Source of the DNA: Picochlorum sp. SENEW3
Taxonomy: Eukaryota
NCBI GenBank assembly: GCA_034226945.1
Contig: CP120460.1
Span: 1-64,000 of the forward strand
Reading direction: 5' to 3'
Length of the DNA: 64,000 nt
This document shows positions 11,722 through 22,231 of this stretch, one piece after another. The notes under the pieces were generated by a model. The model made no database searches and had not been told where the DNA came from. It saw nothing but the letters and a program-made list of their open reading frames with translations. The position numbers and the translations under genes are program-made. Every line of letters begins with the position of its first letter. Position 1 is the first letter of the stretch.

Positions 11722-13203
11722 ATGTCTGAGTCAGGACAAGAGTTTGAGCCTCATAACAACGAGTTGTTCATGAGAGAGGGTGCGGAAGCAGGAGGCATTT
11801 CTGAGCGAGATATGAGGGCTCTCAGGAGAGAGATGCAGAGGCAGATGCAAGAGATGGTGCAAGAAGTGTCGGCATCGCTGAGAGAGCAAGTTGTTCAGGA
11901 GTTGAGGGAGCACCAGATCCGCCAGTCTGGGAGTCAGGGGGTGACTCAGCAGGGGGCTGTCGGCGAGCTCTCTGTCCAACCTGTGAGAGTGGCTGGATAC
12001 AAGAAGCCGGAAAAGACGGTGCCTCTTTTCAACGGCAGCGTGCTGGATATGGCGACCATCACCTCGTGGCTGGCGCGAGTGCAAGTGTACATGAGCGCAA
12101 GGTTCCCTGAGAGTCCCCAGAACCAGGAGTTGTGGCTGTCCTGCATCAAAGACAATTTGGATGGCAGAGCTGCCGTGTGGTACCTGGGAGAGGAAGCAAG
12201 GCAGCCGTTCAGCTCGTGGACGAATTTTGTGGAGCGTTTGTTCCGCACGTTTGCTGGATCGAGCTCAGAGAAGGCATTGTCGGACGCTCTGAATCACTGC
12301 CCTCAACGGAAGGGAGAGAAGATTCTCGACTTCCATGCCCGTTTCCAGCAGCTTTCCAGCGCCTTGGAGGCTATCGCTGGTCCTATGAGACCATTGCAGA
12401 AGGCTGAAGGCTTTGGGAGGAACCTGAGCGGGCAGTATCGTGCATGGGCATCGACCTTCTTGGAGGAGTACGATTTGTTCAGGTCGGAGCAGATGAAACA
12501 GAATGGGTATGATGAATATACTGGGTTGGTATCATGGTTGCAGGAAAAGGAAACAAAGTCCTCGCTCGCTGTGAATGCCTCTGTTGCTGTGAATCAGGTG
12601 GCCACGAAAGGCAAACAGCCCAAAGCAAAGACATGTTATGATTGTCACCAAAAGTGGACGCCGCTGCATTGGTGTGCCCAGAAAGCCGCCAAATACCCGT
12701 TTTGCTCTGGTTGTGGAAAATCTCAGACAGAGAAGAAGTGCCAATGTCGTGCAACGACGGCACGAGTGAATCACATTTCGGTGGCCGGTCAAGCGCAGGC
12801 TGTCGCCGAGGTGCAAACGCAGAGTCAGGTGGCAAATGCAGCACTGACGTCTGATTATGATGGGGCGAAAGGACCGTGTGCGGAGCCTTCGCCCTACAGG
12901 TGGGATGACCTTATGGAAGCCCTGGATAAAAAAGCCCTTCCAGAGTGGTGCACCACAGAATCAGACCCTGTGGGCGGCACCCAGGTGGGTATGAACTATC
13001 TCACCTCCGGGAGAAAGAATGAAGGTCTGATTTTCTCCTATTCAGGATCTCTTAGTGGTAAGCGTGTCAGGATCCTGATGGACTCGGGTGCTCAGAATAA
13101 TTTTGTTTCTGAGAAGTTTGTGCAGACGTGGGGTGTCAGGACCGCTACGGACCCCACAGTCGTTGAATTTGAGAATGGCAGATGGTACGATGGGGACCTC
13201 TGA
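11722..13203 (+). CDS. Retrotransposon Gag plus N-terminal half of the aspartic protease
   Basis: 493-aa ORF with a Retrotrans_gag-like region (LDGRAAVWY...SWTNF), a zinc knuckle CYDCHQKWTPLHWC and the protease active site ILMDSGAQNNFVS. Confidence 0.93.
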   Translation: MSESGQEFEPHNNELFMREGAEAGGISERDMRALRREMQRQMQEMVQEVSASLREQVVQELREHQIRQSGSQGVTQQGAVGELSVQPVRVAGYKKPEKTVPLFNGSVLDMATITSWLARVQVYMSARFPESPQNQELWLSCIKDNLDGRAAVWYLGEEARQPFSSWTNFVERLFRTFAGSSSEKALSDALNHCPQRKGEKILDFHARFQQLSSALEAIAGPMRPLQKAEGFGRNLSGQYRAWASTFLEEYDLFRSEQMKQNGYDEYTGLVSWLQEKETKSSLAVNASVAVNQVATKGKQPKAKTCYDCHQKWTPLHWCAQKAAKYPFCSGCGKSQTEKKCQCRATTARVNHISVAGQAQAVAEVQTQSQVANAALTSDYDGAKGPCAEPSPYRWDDLMEALDKKALPEWCTTESDPVGGTQVGMNYLTSGRKNEGLIFSYSGSLSGKRVRILMDSGAQNNFVSEKFVQTWGVRTATDPTVVEFENGRWYDGDL

Positions 13204-16200
13204 CCAGATGGTTTGTCAAAAGTTGGTGATCCTGCAGGAGGACGCTCCGAAGTTTGTGGATAAGGTGCAGTTGCACGTGGCCAACTTGAACAACAGCTAT
13301 GACGTGCTGTTGGGACAGCCTTGGTTGGAAGCACAAGAAGCTGGCTTGTGTTACAAGACCAAGGGTGTCCTCTTGCAGAAGTGTGGAAGGGTATTGCATG
13401 CCGAGGGGCAATCGTCGCCCCTGCCATACAAGAAAATGGTCAAGGCGTGGATGGAGGCTCAGAGCGGAGACCTCCTAGGTGTGGTCACAATACCACCGCA
13501 TACTTGTGTGAATCAGATTTGCTCTGGCGACCATGCCGAGTGGTCTCAGAGCGTTGACGTCTTTATGGAGCGCTTGAAGAAGAAGTATGGTGACATCATG
13601 GTGGATGAACTTCCACCGCAGCAGGCCATGGAGCGCGATCAGGTGGTGCAGCACCACATCCAGTTGGTGGAGGGCACCGAGCCCATCGCCGAGCCGCTGA
13701 GGAGGATGTCACCCAAGCTGCTCGAAGAATTAAAGCATCAATTGGATGAGTATATGAGAAAGGGGATTATTGAGCCATCAGTATCTCCTTGGGGAGCACC
13801 AGTGTTGTTTGTGAGAAAGAAGAATGGATCTTTCAGATTATGCGTGGACTACAGAAGCCTGAATGCCAAAACGATCAAGGACAGGTACCCCATTCCACGC
13901 GCCGATGATCTGTTGGATCAGTTGCAAGGAGCCAAGTATTTCTCTTCCTTGGACTTGACCAGTGGGTACCACCAAATTCCCATTGCTCCCGAGGACAGAG
14001 CCAAGACTGCTTTCAAGACGAGGTACGGATCTTTCCAGTTCCTGACCATGCCTTTTGGCTTGACAAATGCCCCTGCAACCTTCCAAGCTTGGATGAACGG
14101 TGTGCTGGCACCGTTTGTGGATCGTTTTGTTGTGGTGTACTTGGACGATATCCTCATCTACAGTTCGTCTGAAGAGGAGCACATGCAGCACGTGGAACAG
14201 GTCCTGGCGGCCTTGTGGAAGGCCAAAGCATATTTGAATATGGACAAGTGCTCCTTCTTTCAGACCACGGCGAGATTTCTAGGGTATGTGGTCACGCCAT
14301 CGGGGATCAAGCCAGACCCCGGACTGGTGGACAAGATTGCGGGATTCCCGCGTCCTACCAACAGGACTGAATGCCGGTCGTTCCTGGGTGCTGCTGGATT
14401 TTATAGGCGCTTCATGCCGAATTTCGCCAAGGCCGCTGCGCCATTGCACGATTTGACCAAGGATACTGTGCCTTTTGAGTGGACCGCCAACCACGAGAAG
14501 AGCTTTGTGGGTCTCAAGGGCCTCCTGACGCAGGCCCCGGTGCTTCGGTTGCCTGATCAGCGTTTGCCCTACAGCGTGTTCACGGATGCGTCCAACGTGG
14601 CTATTGGTGCCGTCCTGGCGCAGAAACACGGTGATGGCGTGCATCACCCAATTGCCTACTACTCCCGCAAATTGAAGGACGCCGAGGTCAACTATGCCGT
14701 GCATGATAAGGAATTGCTGGCGGTCAAGGATGCGTTGCTGGAGTGGAAACATTATTTGCTGGGTGAAATTGGGACACAGGTGTATACTGATCATCGTCCC
14801 TTGGTGCATTTCCATTCACAGAAGGATTTGAATCCGCGTCAGATTCGGTGGCTCGAAAAAGTGGCTCCGTTCGATGTCTCCATTGTGTACATTGCGGGCA
14901 GGCACAATGTGCTGGCCGACTTGTTGAGTCGACCTCCTCAAGGCCCCTCTACAGTCTCCTTGAACGTGGTCGAACACGTTGGTTCGGAGCTCCAACCATC
15001 ATCCGAGGTGGGGAGGAGGGTTCTTCAAGGATACAAGAAGGACGAATTTGTGTTGTCCTTGAAGAAGTGTTTGAAGCAATTGCCCGTGCCCAAGGTGTAC
15101 AACCAATTGAATGTGGAGTGTGTGAAGGAGGCGGATTCCGGATTGCTGTATTATAGGGATCCAGGCTCCAAGTTGATGAGATTGATAGTACCGAATGACC
15201 ACGCCCTCAGAAGGCAATTGTGTGAGATTCATCACACGCCGGTGACGAGTGGCCATCCGGGACGCGAGAGGATGCTGAAAGATATGGTACGTTACTATTA
15301 CTGGCCAAAGATGGCTGAGGATGTGGCAGAGTTTTGTCGACAATGTCAGACGTGTCAGTTTATCAAGGGTCAGAACAAAGTGAAGAAGGGGTGGCTCCAG
15401 CCATTACCCATTCCCGATCAGGCTTGGGACGAGGTGTCCATGGACTTCGTGGTCAAGTTGCCCACCACGAAGAAGGGGAACAATACCATATTGGTGATGG
15501 TTGACAGGTTCACCAAGTGGGCATACTTTGTGGCCACCAAGTCCCCACCTCTGGATGCTGCCAAGGTGGCAGAGCTGTTTCTTGCTCATGTGTACAGGAA
15601 TCACGGCATGCCGAAGAAGATTGTTTCTGACAGAGACTCGAGGTTCACGAGTGATTTTTGGAAAGAGTTGATGAAGCTGGTGGGCACCAAGGCGTTGATG
15701 TCCACAGCGTATCACCCTCAAACTGATGGCCTGACCGAGAGAGTGAATCGAATTTTGGAGGACATGATTCGTTGTTATTGTGACGAGTTCTTGGATGATT
15801 GGGACGATTTGTTGGTCCCTCTGGAACTGGCCTACAACGATTCATACCAGAGCAGCACCAGGTTTACGCCATTTTACATGAACTATGGTCGTCATCCCAG
15901 GACTCCCCAGTCCATGATTGTTGGCACTGCAACCGAGCCTGAGACTTCTGCTGGGGCATATTTGCAGAGACTGGCGGATGCTCATCGAGCTGCCAAGTAC
16001 TTTATGAAGGTGGCTCAGATCAGGCAGAGCACCAATGCGAACAGGCACAGGGAGCCTGCTCCATACAAGGAGGGAGATGATGTGTTGTTGTCCGTGTTCA
16101 AGATTCGACACGTGGATGGAGAGAACTTTAAGAAGTTGCAACCGAGATGGTGTGGTCCGTTCAAGGTGAAGAGAGTGATTCCTCACAATGCTGTGGAACT

Positions 16201-16492
16201 GAATTCAAGGGAGCTAGGTCATGAGTTTCATCATGTGGTGAACGTGGATCGACTGAAGCCCTATGTTGCCAATGTGGATATCGATGCACTGAATGAAGCT
16301 TTGGAACGTCAATTTGCAGACGTTAGTTTGGAAGCTTCTTCTGCTCCGAGGCAGGATGATCCAGCAGCACCGTCCGAAGTTTCCAAAGACCAACATGACT
16401 CCACTGAAGGACCCCCACACCAGGAAGATTCAGAAGAGGACGACATTCAGATCGTCCTCGATGACGATCCATACGAAGCAACGAGTAAGTAA
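13088..16492 (+). CDS. Retrotransposon Pol (PR C-half, RT, RNase H, integrase); +1 frame relative to gag
   Basis: Motifs: YDVLLGQPWL (PR), RLCVDYRSLN and VVVYLDDILI (RT), FTDAS (RNase H), HH..GH...C..C with VSMDF, IVSDRD and QTDGLTER (IN), and GPF. Confidence 0.97.
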   Translation: MLRIILFLRSLCRRGVSGPLRTPQSLNLRMADGTMGTSDQMVCQKLVILQEDAPKFVDKVQLHVANLNNSYDVLLGQPWLEAQEAGLCYKTKGVLLQKCGRVLHAEGQSSPLPYKKMVKAWMEAQSGDLLGVVTIPPHTCVNQICSGDHAEWSQSVDVFMERLKKKYGDIMVDELPPQQAMERDQVVQHHIQLVEGTEPIAEPLRRMSPKLLEELKHQLDEYMRKGIIEPSVSPWGAPVLFVRKKNGSFRLCVDYRSLNAKTIKDRYPIPRADDLLDQLQGAKYFSSLDLTSGYHQIPIAPEDRAKTAFKTRYGSFQFLTMPFGLTNAPATFQAWMNGVLAPFVDRFVVVYLDDILIYSSSEEEHMQHVEQVLAALWKAKAYLNMDKCSFFQTTARFLGYVVTPSGIKPDPGLVDKIAGFPRPTNRTECRSFLGAAGFYRRFMPNFAKAAAPLHDLTKDTVPFEWTANHEKSFVGLKGLLTQAPVLRLPDQRLPYSVFTDASNVAIGAVLAQKHGDGVHHPIAYYSRKLKDAEVNYAVHDKELLAVKDALLEWKHYLLGEIGTQVYTDHRPLVHFHSQKDLNPRQIRWLEKVAPFDVSIVYIAGRHNVLADLLSRPPQGPSTVSLNVVEHVGSELQPSSEVGRRVLQGYKKDEFVLSLKKCLKQLPVPKVYNQLNVECVKEADSGLLYYRDPGSKLMRLIVPNDHALRRQLCEIHHTPVTSGHPGRERMLKDMVRYYYWPKMAEDVAEFCRQCQTCQFIKGQNKVKKGWLQPLPIPDQAWDEVSMDFVVKLPTTKKGNNTILVMVDRFTKWAYFVATKSPPLDAAKVAELFLAHVYRNHGMPKKIVSDRDSRFTSDFWKELMKLVGTKALMSTAYHPQTDGLTERVNRILEDMIRCYCDEFLDDWDDLLVPLELAYNDSYQSSTRFTPFYMNYGRHPRTPQSMIVGTATEPETSAGAYLQRLADAHRAAKYFMKVAQIRQSTNANRHREPAPYKEGDDVLLSVFKIRHVDGENFKKLQPRWCGPFKVKRVIPHNAVELNSRELGHEFHHVVNVDRLKPYVANVDIDALNEALERQFADVSLEASSAPRQDDPAAPSEVSKDQHDSTEGPPHQEDSEEDDIQIVLDDDPYEATSK

Positions 16493-16522
16493 AAAGTCAC
16501 AAATGAGGACATTTGGAGCTTT

Positions 16523-16539
16523 GAGTAGGTGGGGAGGAG
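16523..16539 (+). promoter_or_regulatory. Polypurine tract
   Basis: GAGTAGGTGGGGAGGAG lies immediately before the 3' LTR. Confidence 0.85.
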
Positions 16540-16871
16540 TGTAACAGGGCTCATGGTGACCTGTTACGAGAGGCATGAGGCCATGCTCCCCAGAGCTTCG
16601 AGAATGTCCATGAAGCTATACATGCCATGCCCCATTCATATGACGATAACTTCTATAACTTCTAAGATATGTATATCGCGAATATATTTAATATAAGGCT
16701 CTGACAACATCAAGGCAACCTTCCACTGCTGCCCCACGGGCTATCACGACCTCGGGCCCCGCACATGTTTTCACAGTGGTATGACAAAAAGGTAGTGTTG
16801 AGGAGTGACACACCTCGACACCTCTGGCGGAACGAGACCTTACCAGCCACTAGAGATCTCGTCCCGTTACA
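16540..16871 (+). repeat. 3' LTR (332 bp)
   Basis: Copy of 10994-11325, followed by the TSD AAATT. Confidence 0.97.
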
Positions 16872-17074
16872 AAATTGTCGTTAAAGTTGTCGTTAAAATT
16901 GAAAGGTCACGATTTTTTATTGTGTTCAATTACAGCAGAAAAACACTTGGGTACTTGGGATGTGTGTCGATCGCTCTAGTGTTCAATTGCATTGAATATG
17001 GGATTATTATACTTGCAAAAACGTCCTGCCGACACCGCAACGAATGCAAGTCCCCATTCAAAACACAGCTGGTC

Positions 17075-17680
17075 GTCGTCAATTCCGTTCGCGTCACATT
17101 GGTTGGGACGAGGAGGAGGGGCCTGCAGAGCTGTCACCCATGGGCAGGAAGAGCCATTAATATGATTCATATGAATCCCTAGGTTCATAAGAAGTCCATC
17201 ATACGACCCACATATGGCCACAGAGAAGGGCCCCTAATCGTTCCACGGCAATGCCTTGGCGATCACAGTGGACAGAGCCACGACGTCCAGGACCTCTCTC
17301 TCTTCTGATGGGTTTCTGCATGAATCGTTGATTGCCATTCCAATCAATACTGTTGAATCAAGTCAATGAGAGGGCATAAACAACAAAACCAGATCCAAGC
17401 AGGCGGGTGGCAGCGAGTGTGTTGCGCCAAGAGCACGCTAGCTTGTTTAACCCTGTGGCTCTCATGGAACTGTGTGTCCGCTCCTGTCATCCATTCGACC
17501 GGAGACACAATTTCAGAAGCAAAGCGCTCGTCGTGTTTTCGTCCGTAAAAAGACACGATAAAAAAAGACGACCACAGGATAAAAGTGGACAGTTTTTGGA
17601 CACGAGCGTCGAGAAAGCACCCTTCTGACCCAGCCAGAGGAGAGACGCACGATGCCTCGATCCATTGATCGTCTGGACCG
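17075..17680 (+). repeat. Diverged ~600-bp direct repeat, copy B
   Basis: Homologous and collinear with ~7120-7800. Confidence 0.8.
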
Positions 17681-17974
17681 AAGAATACGACACAGAAGAC
17701 TTGCTCTCCGTGGAAAACGACAAACGGTGCTGATCGATTTATCGTAAACACATAATGTGGAATAGGTTCTTGTTTCTTTGCTGTACTCATGTACAGTGAA
17801 ACAACACAGAGGAAGACGAAGAAGAACCGCGTGTCTTCGCGCGACTTGCTCCAAACTGTCCACCTCGGCCAAGCTCACCTTGTGTCGTCGGGGAAGAAGG
17901 AAAGCAGGAGATGGCCACTTTAGCTTTAACTTTTATTACAACAATACCCCTGTCCAATAATAACGATGCTACTT

Positions 17975-20804
17975 TCATGCAGAGCTGTGCTGGAAGTTCA
18001 ACCCCAGCAAAGCGCTTCTCTCGATTGCCTTGCCACGGCGGTGCCGCCTTATGGCGCCGAAGAGAAGCGATATACCACCCAGTAGGCACACTATACCAGT
18101 AAGCAGAAGACCAATCATCAACCCACTGTTTCTGGCTTCAGGGAAATGGTCCTCCGTTCGCACGTCTGTGGACTCCACATGAACATTCAGTATTTCTGTT
18201 GTCCTTCCGAAGAATGCATCCGGATCCCTTTCCAGAAGCTCGAGGGGGCTGTCTGCCGACAGTTTTTCAATCTCAAGCGCTGCGGATATGTCTTCCTCTG
18301 TCGCCGATGGTGGAATGTACACTGGCAAGGAGGTCGACACGTTGGCCTCAAAATGGCTATTAGGCATTCTCCGAACGCTCATGATGCTCACTGCCGACTT
18401 GGACGTGTTGAAAGCCTTCACCATGTCACTCTTGATCAAATTCGAAAGCACTCTGTGCGGCGAAGCATCCACTCCAGCCTTCAAAAAGATGGCATCTTCG
18501 TCAATGCCGCTGACGTGTACGGTGACGTAAATCATTACAGCATATCGAGACGACATGTCCATCGACCCTACCGCAACATCACATGCTGACTGGCCATCTC
18601 CATTCGTCGTCACGCTCTCAGGGCACAGGGAACACGTGGTGGACCTCACTGTGGCTGCAACTGTGCCCTCGATGCAGTGCTTGCACCTGTTTGATCCCCA
18701 AGATACAGAATACGTTCCCTTGGCGCAGGGACCGCATTCGAATCCATTTTCCTCTGCAAATGTGCCAGGAGGACACAACTTGCACGTCTGAGCATCCACT
18801 TCAAAACTGTACCACCCAGGAGCACACCCTTGGCACTGGGCAAAGCCATCCACCCCTGCAATGATGCTTGACAGGTTTGGATGCGTGGGGATGCTGGACG
18901 AATAGGGAATCAAGCTACTATCGCTCTGAGGCTCCCTCTTGAGGACGAGTGTGTATTTGGATGACGTTGTGCCGTCTTCACCAAACACCACCACATCCAC
19001 TGGTATCTCATATCCAGCTGGTAGAGTCATAATGTAGGCCTCTGTTGACACAGACCCACTATTCGTGTGCTGTTCATCCTCTTCAGGATATGTATGGGAT
19101 GATATTCTATCCTCTGTTCTGGCGTGATGTTGTGTCAAAACCTGGCCATTCATCTCAATCCTGATGCTGGGCACGTTTGGCACCAAAAGTTCTGGCTCTA
19201 TCCGAACATTCTCGGCTCTGTGATGCAATACGATGTTCATGGCTTCACCTGCGATGATAAAAAAAAAAGAATAACAAAATAGGTGGCGAGACGAAAAGGC
19301 TGGGCAAATGTCGTCTATCTGGCAAATTCCTTACCTGGAACACACTCCGGGGTCGTTCGGTACTGACTTTTCAGATGGTACATAAACTTTGTTGCATCGC
19401 CATCCTGCTTTAAATCACACGCCAAGAAAGGCTCGCCATGAGAAGGATGAATTTTCAACGTCCTTAGGAGGGTGTGACGGACGTCTCCCTGTCGCAGTAT
19501 GCTGATTGCCAGCCTGTCCTCGCTGTGAATGCGAAACTCGGTCAGCCCTACTGGAAGTTCCACTCTGTATCCTGCAACCTGACTTCTGGAAAACTTGGCC
19601 ATACTCTTGGGGCAGGTTGAAGACGTCATATCTTTAACTGATGTATATGCTCTATATTGCAACTGCCGCTTCATCCCAGAGGCAATGCACACCCAAACAG
19701 CATCCATCCTGTTCTCTACCAACGCGCCAAGCCTGCTCGAGCTCGCAGATTCCTCCTTGAACAGTGGAATCGAGGAACCATCCCTATCATACAGGGCGAT
19801 TGCCACGTTCGAGTTTTCTTCCGAGTTTTCTTGCTCCGAGTGCACACGGATCAGGCTCTTCACCACCAACTCCTTTGCTTCTTCATTTGTCTTCCCCAAG
19901 GATGATCCTGGTGGACAGGCACCTCTGGTTGTCCCGAGGAGGTGGACTGCTACCACTGGGTCTCGATTCGATACCTTTGCCTTGAATACAGGGTAGATCC
20001 CCATCGCGATATGGTACCGAGCCTCGGGAGCTACACTCTCCCACTCTACAGGCAAGGGAATGTACTTCACAGTTTCTCCAGGCGCAAAACTGAGGATGCC
20101 ATTCGTCGGCACGATCTCCGGAAAGTACTTCTCCATATTGGGATCTCTTAGAGCTTTGAATGCATAGGCGATCAGTGCGGGTTTGTCACCAAACACCCTC
20201 CCCGACACCAAGTGAACTGAAAGGTTGGCAGACTCTCCAGCAGCAATGACCTCTCCAGATGCCACCGCAAATTCTGGAAGGTCCTCCTCCTTCGCAAGGC
20301 CCACCATAGTCGATCCGCGTGATTCATCAATGCGGCCACGTGACGCATGTACAACCTCCGCTCGTATAAAGTCCTCTAGAGGGTTCTCCAACAAAGACAC
20401 ATCGTAGCGGAGCGTCAGATTCTTGGTTGCTGAGAGCGAGCCACTGTCCCATTCGACTGTCTCTATATTAGAAGGGCCTTTGTGACCGAATTTAGACCAC
20501 TTCACTGTCACTCTGACTGGGTCCTCTTGTGGATGGTATCCATTCAACAGGAGGCCCAACGTGGTCTGGCCTGCTTCCAAATCTGCTTGCACATAGTTCC
20601 TAGTCACCTGGACAAGCAGGCTGCCTGACCCATCCATGTCGGTACTCTGCACGGCAAGATTGAAATGTCTCAGTGGCAGTCAAATATCAACAAAGAGAGC
20701 ATCAGGTGGCGTACTTTGCAAACAGCCCAATTATGTGGAGTGGTTGTCACCAGTAGGACCAGCCACGTCACGAGGACTCGTTCGCCCTTGAACGAGCAGA
20801 ACAT
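17975..20804 (-). CDS. Type I membrane protein with Calx-beta-like and cadherin-like beta-sandwich segments, Cys-rich GCC2/GCC3-like repeats and a C-terminal TM (3 exons)
   Basis: Signal-peptide exon 20804-20715. Introns 20714-20647 and 19334-19249 (GT-AG) join the ORFs in frame. Motifs: GILSFAPGETVK, V.GEDGTTSSKYTL, CxxCxPGxY/F repeats, TM GLMIGLLLTGIVCLLGGISLLFG. Confidence 0.75.
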
Positions 20805-21202
20805 GCTATATGAAACCCGACAAAAATTCCCCTATCCACGCGAACAACGTCGCTTCATCTCACCGAAGAGACATGGGTCTACGACTCAAATTCAAGAGGT
20901 CCAGACTCGAGGTTGAATCTTCCTTGGATAACCAGGGGCTTCACATGAATGAATCAAATGCGACTTGTATTTTATTCAATACTGCTGGCGACTTGAGCAG
21001 TATTGAAACACATTTAAGATGGAAACACTTGCCTACGCGTTTTCCCAGTCGACGGTGGCCAATGACCGTACAGGGTAGGGTTCACACATCACAGTGTGTC
21101 GTTGTTCATGGCCATGGCCAGGGCGTTGTTCTTATGCGATAAACAGAGTTTGCAAGCTCTCTTGCGAGATTCAGTCTGCTGAATGAAGAAGATGTAGGAT
21201 CA

Positions 21203-22138
21203 ATGATGATGCTGCCCATTGTGTACCATCGGCTGTACTCGGCTCCTCAACTCCGTCCTGGCCACCGGTTTCCCATGGGGGTGTTTCGAGAGATTTTTAA
21301 TACGCTGCTATCTGACGGGCTCATTACCATGGATCAGGTGCATATTCCAAATAAACTCGTCGATAAGGATATCTTGGAGCTGGCGCATTGTCCAGAATAT
21401 GTGGGGCACTTTTTGAACGGCTCGCTGGATGCCCAGAGGACTCGGCGCATTGGCTTCGGGGACCAAACCAAAACGCAGATGCTGATAGACAGGACTCGTG
21501 CCGAAATTAGTGGCACCATGCTCACAGCTGAGCTCGCTCTGGCCCATGGCCTAGCGTGCAACGTCGCTGGTGGAACCCATCACGGCTTCAAAGATTTTGG
21601 GTCAGGCTTCTGCATCCTGAATGATTTGGTAGTCACCTCAAAGTATCTGCTGGCTTGTCAACGGGTGAAGAAAGTCTTGATAGTCGACTTGGATGTTCAC
21701 CAGGGGGATGGCACAGCCAGTTTGTGCGAAGGGGACGATCGAATATTCACATTCTCAATGCACGCGATGAACAATTTTCCTGCGAGGAAGCAACGATCGG
21801 ATCTAGACATCGCCCTCCGCGATGGTTGCGGCGATGAAGAGTACTTGCAAATTTTGAGCGCTACGTTGCCGCGCCTGCTGCAGAGGGAGAAGCCTGACAT
21901 TGTCCTCTTTGATGCTGGAGTAGACACACATTGCGATGATGAACTTGGCAAGCTTGGATTAACCGATGACGGCCTGATGCGCCGCGAGATGACTGTCATA
22001 GATACATGCCTGGGCCACGATATTCCAGTGGCGGGCTATGTTGGGGGTGGATATGCGAAAGATCTCTCGGTCCTCGCAAAACGCCACATTCATCTGCATC
22101 ATGCGTGTCTAGAAATGTGGAAATTTTTCTCATTGTAG
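21203..22138 (+). CDS. Histone deacetylase family protein (HDAC11/bacterial-like)
   Basis: Motifs HRFPM, AGGTHH, GFCILND, DLDVHQGDGT, DAGVD and GGGY. The exact start is uncertain. Confidence 0.92.
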   Translation: MMMLPIVYHRLYSAPQLRPGHRFPMGVFREIFNTLLSDGLITMDQVHIPNKLVDKDILELAHCPEYVGHFLNGSLDAQRTRRIGFGDQTKTQMLIDRTRAEISGTMLTAELALAHGLACNVAGGTHHGFKDFGSGFCILNDLVVTSKYLLACQRVKKVLIVDLDVHQGDGTASLCEGDDRIFTFSMHAMNNFPARKQRSDLDIALRDGCGDEEYLQILSATLPRLLQREKPDIVLFDAGVDTHCDDELGKLGLTDDGLMRREMTVIDTCLGHDIPVAGYVGGGYAKDLSVLAKRHIHLHHACLEMWKFFSL

Positions 22139-22231
22139 ACATCCATCAAGGTATCATACCATTTTTAAATTGAACGAATACACACATGAATGAATGAATG
22201 AATTTGTAAATAAAATACAGTAAACGAGTCG

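Larger units (their letters stand above)
10994..16871 (+). mobile_element. Full-length Ty3/Gypsy LTR retrotransposon (chromovirus-like RT)
   Basis: Two 332-bp LTRs with TGTAAC...GTTACA termini, a 5-bp TSD AAATT (10989-10993 and 16872-16876), a PBS-like site and a PPT. Domain order is gag-PR-RT-RH-IN. Confidence 0.98.

Noticed and set aside
13048..13060. CTT AGT G as a yeast-type +1 frameshift site
   Set aside because: The +1 frame from here hits TGA within a few codons and would skip the protease DSG motif.
7847..17800. Fanzor/TnpB or endogenous viral genes within the TE cluster
   Set aside because: No RuvC-like motif set, capsid, polymerase or other long extra ORF is visible.
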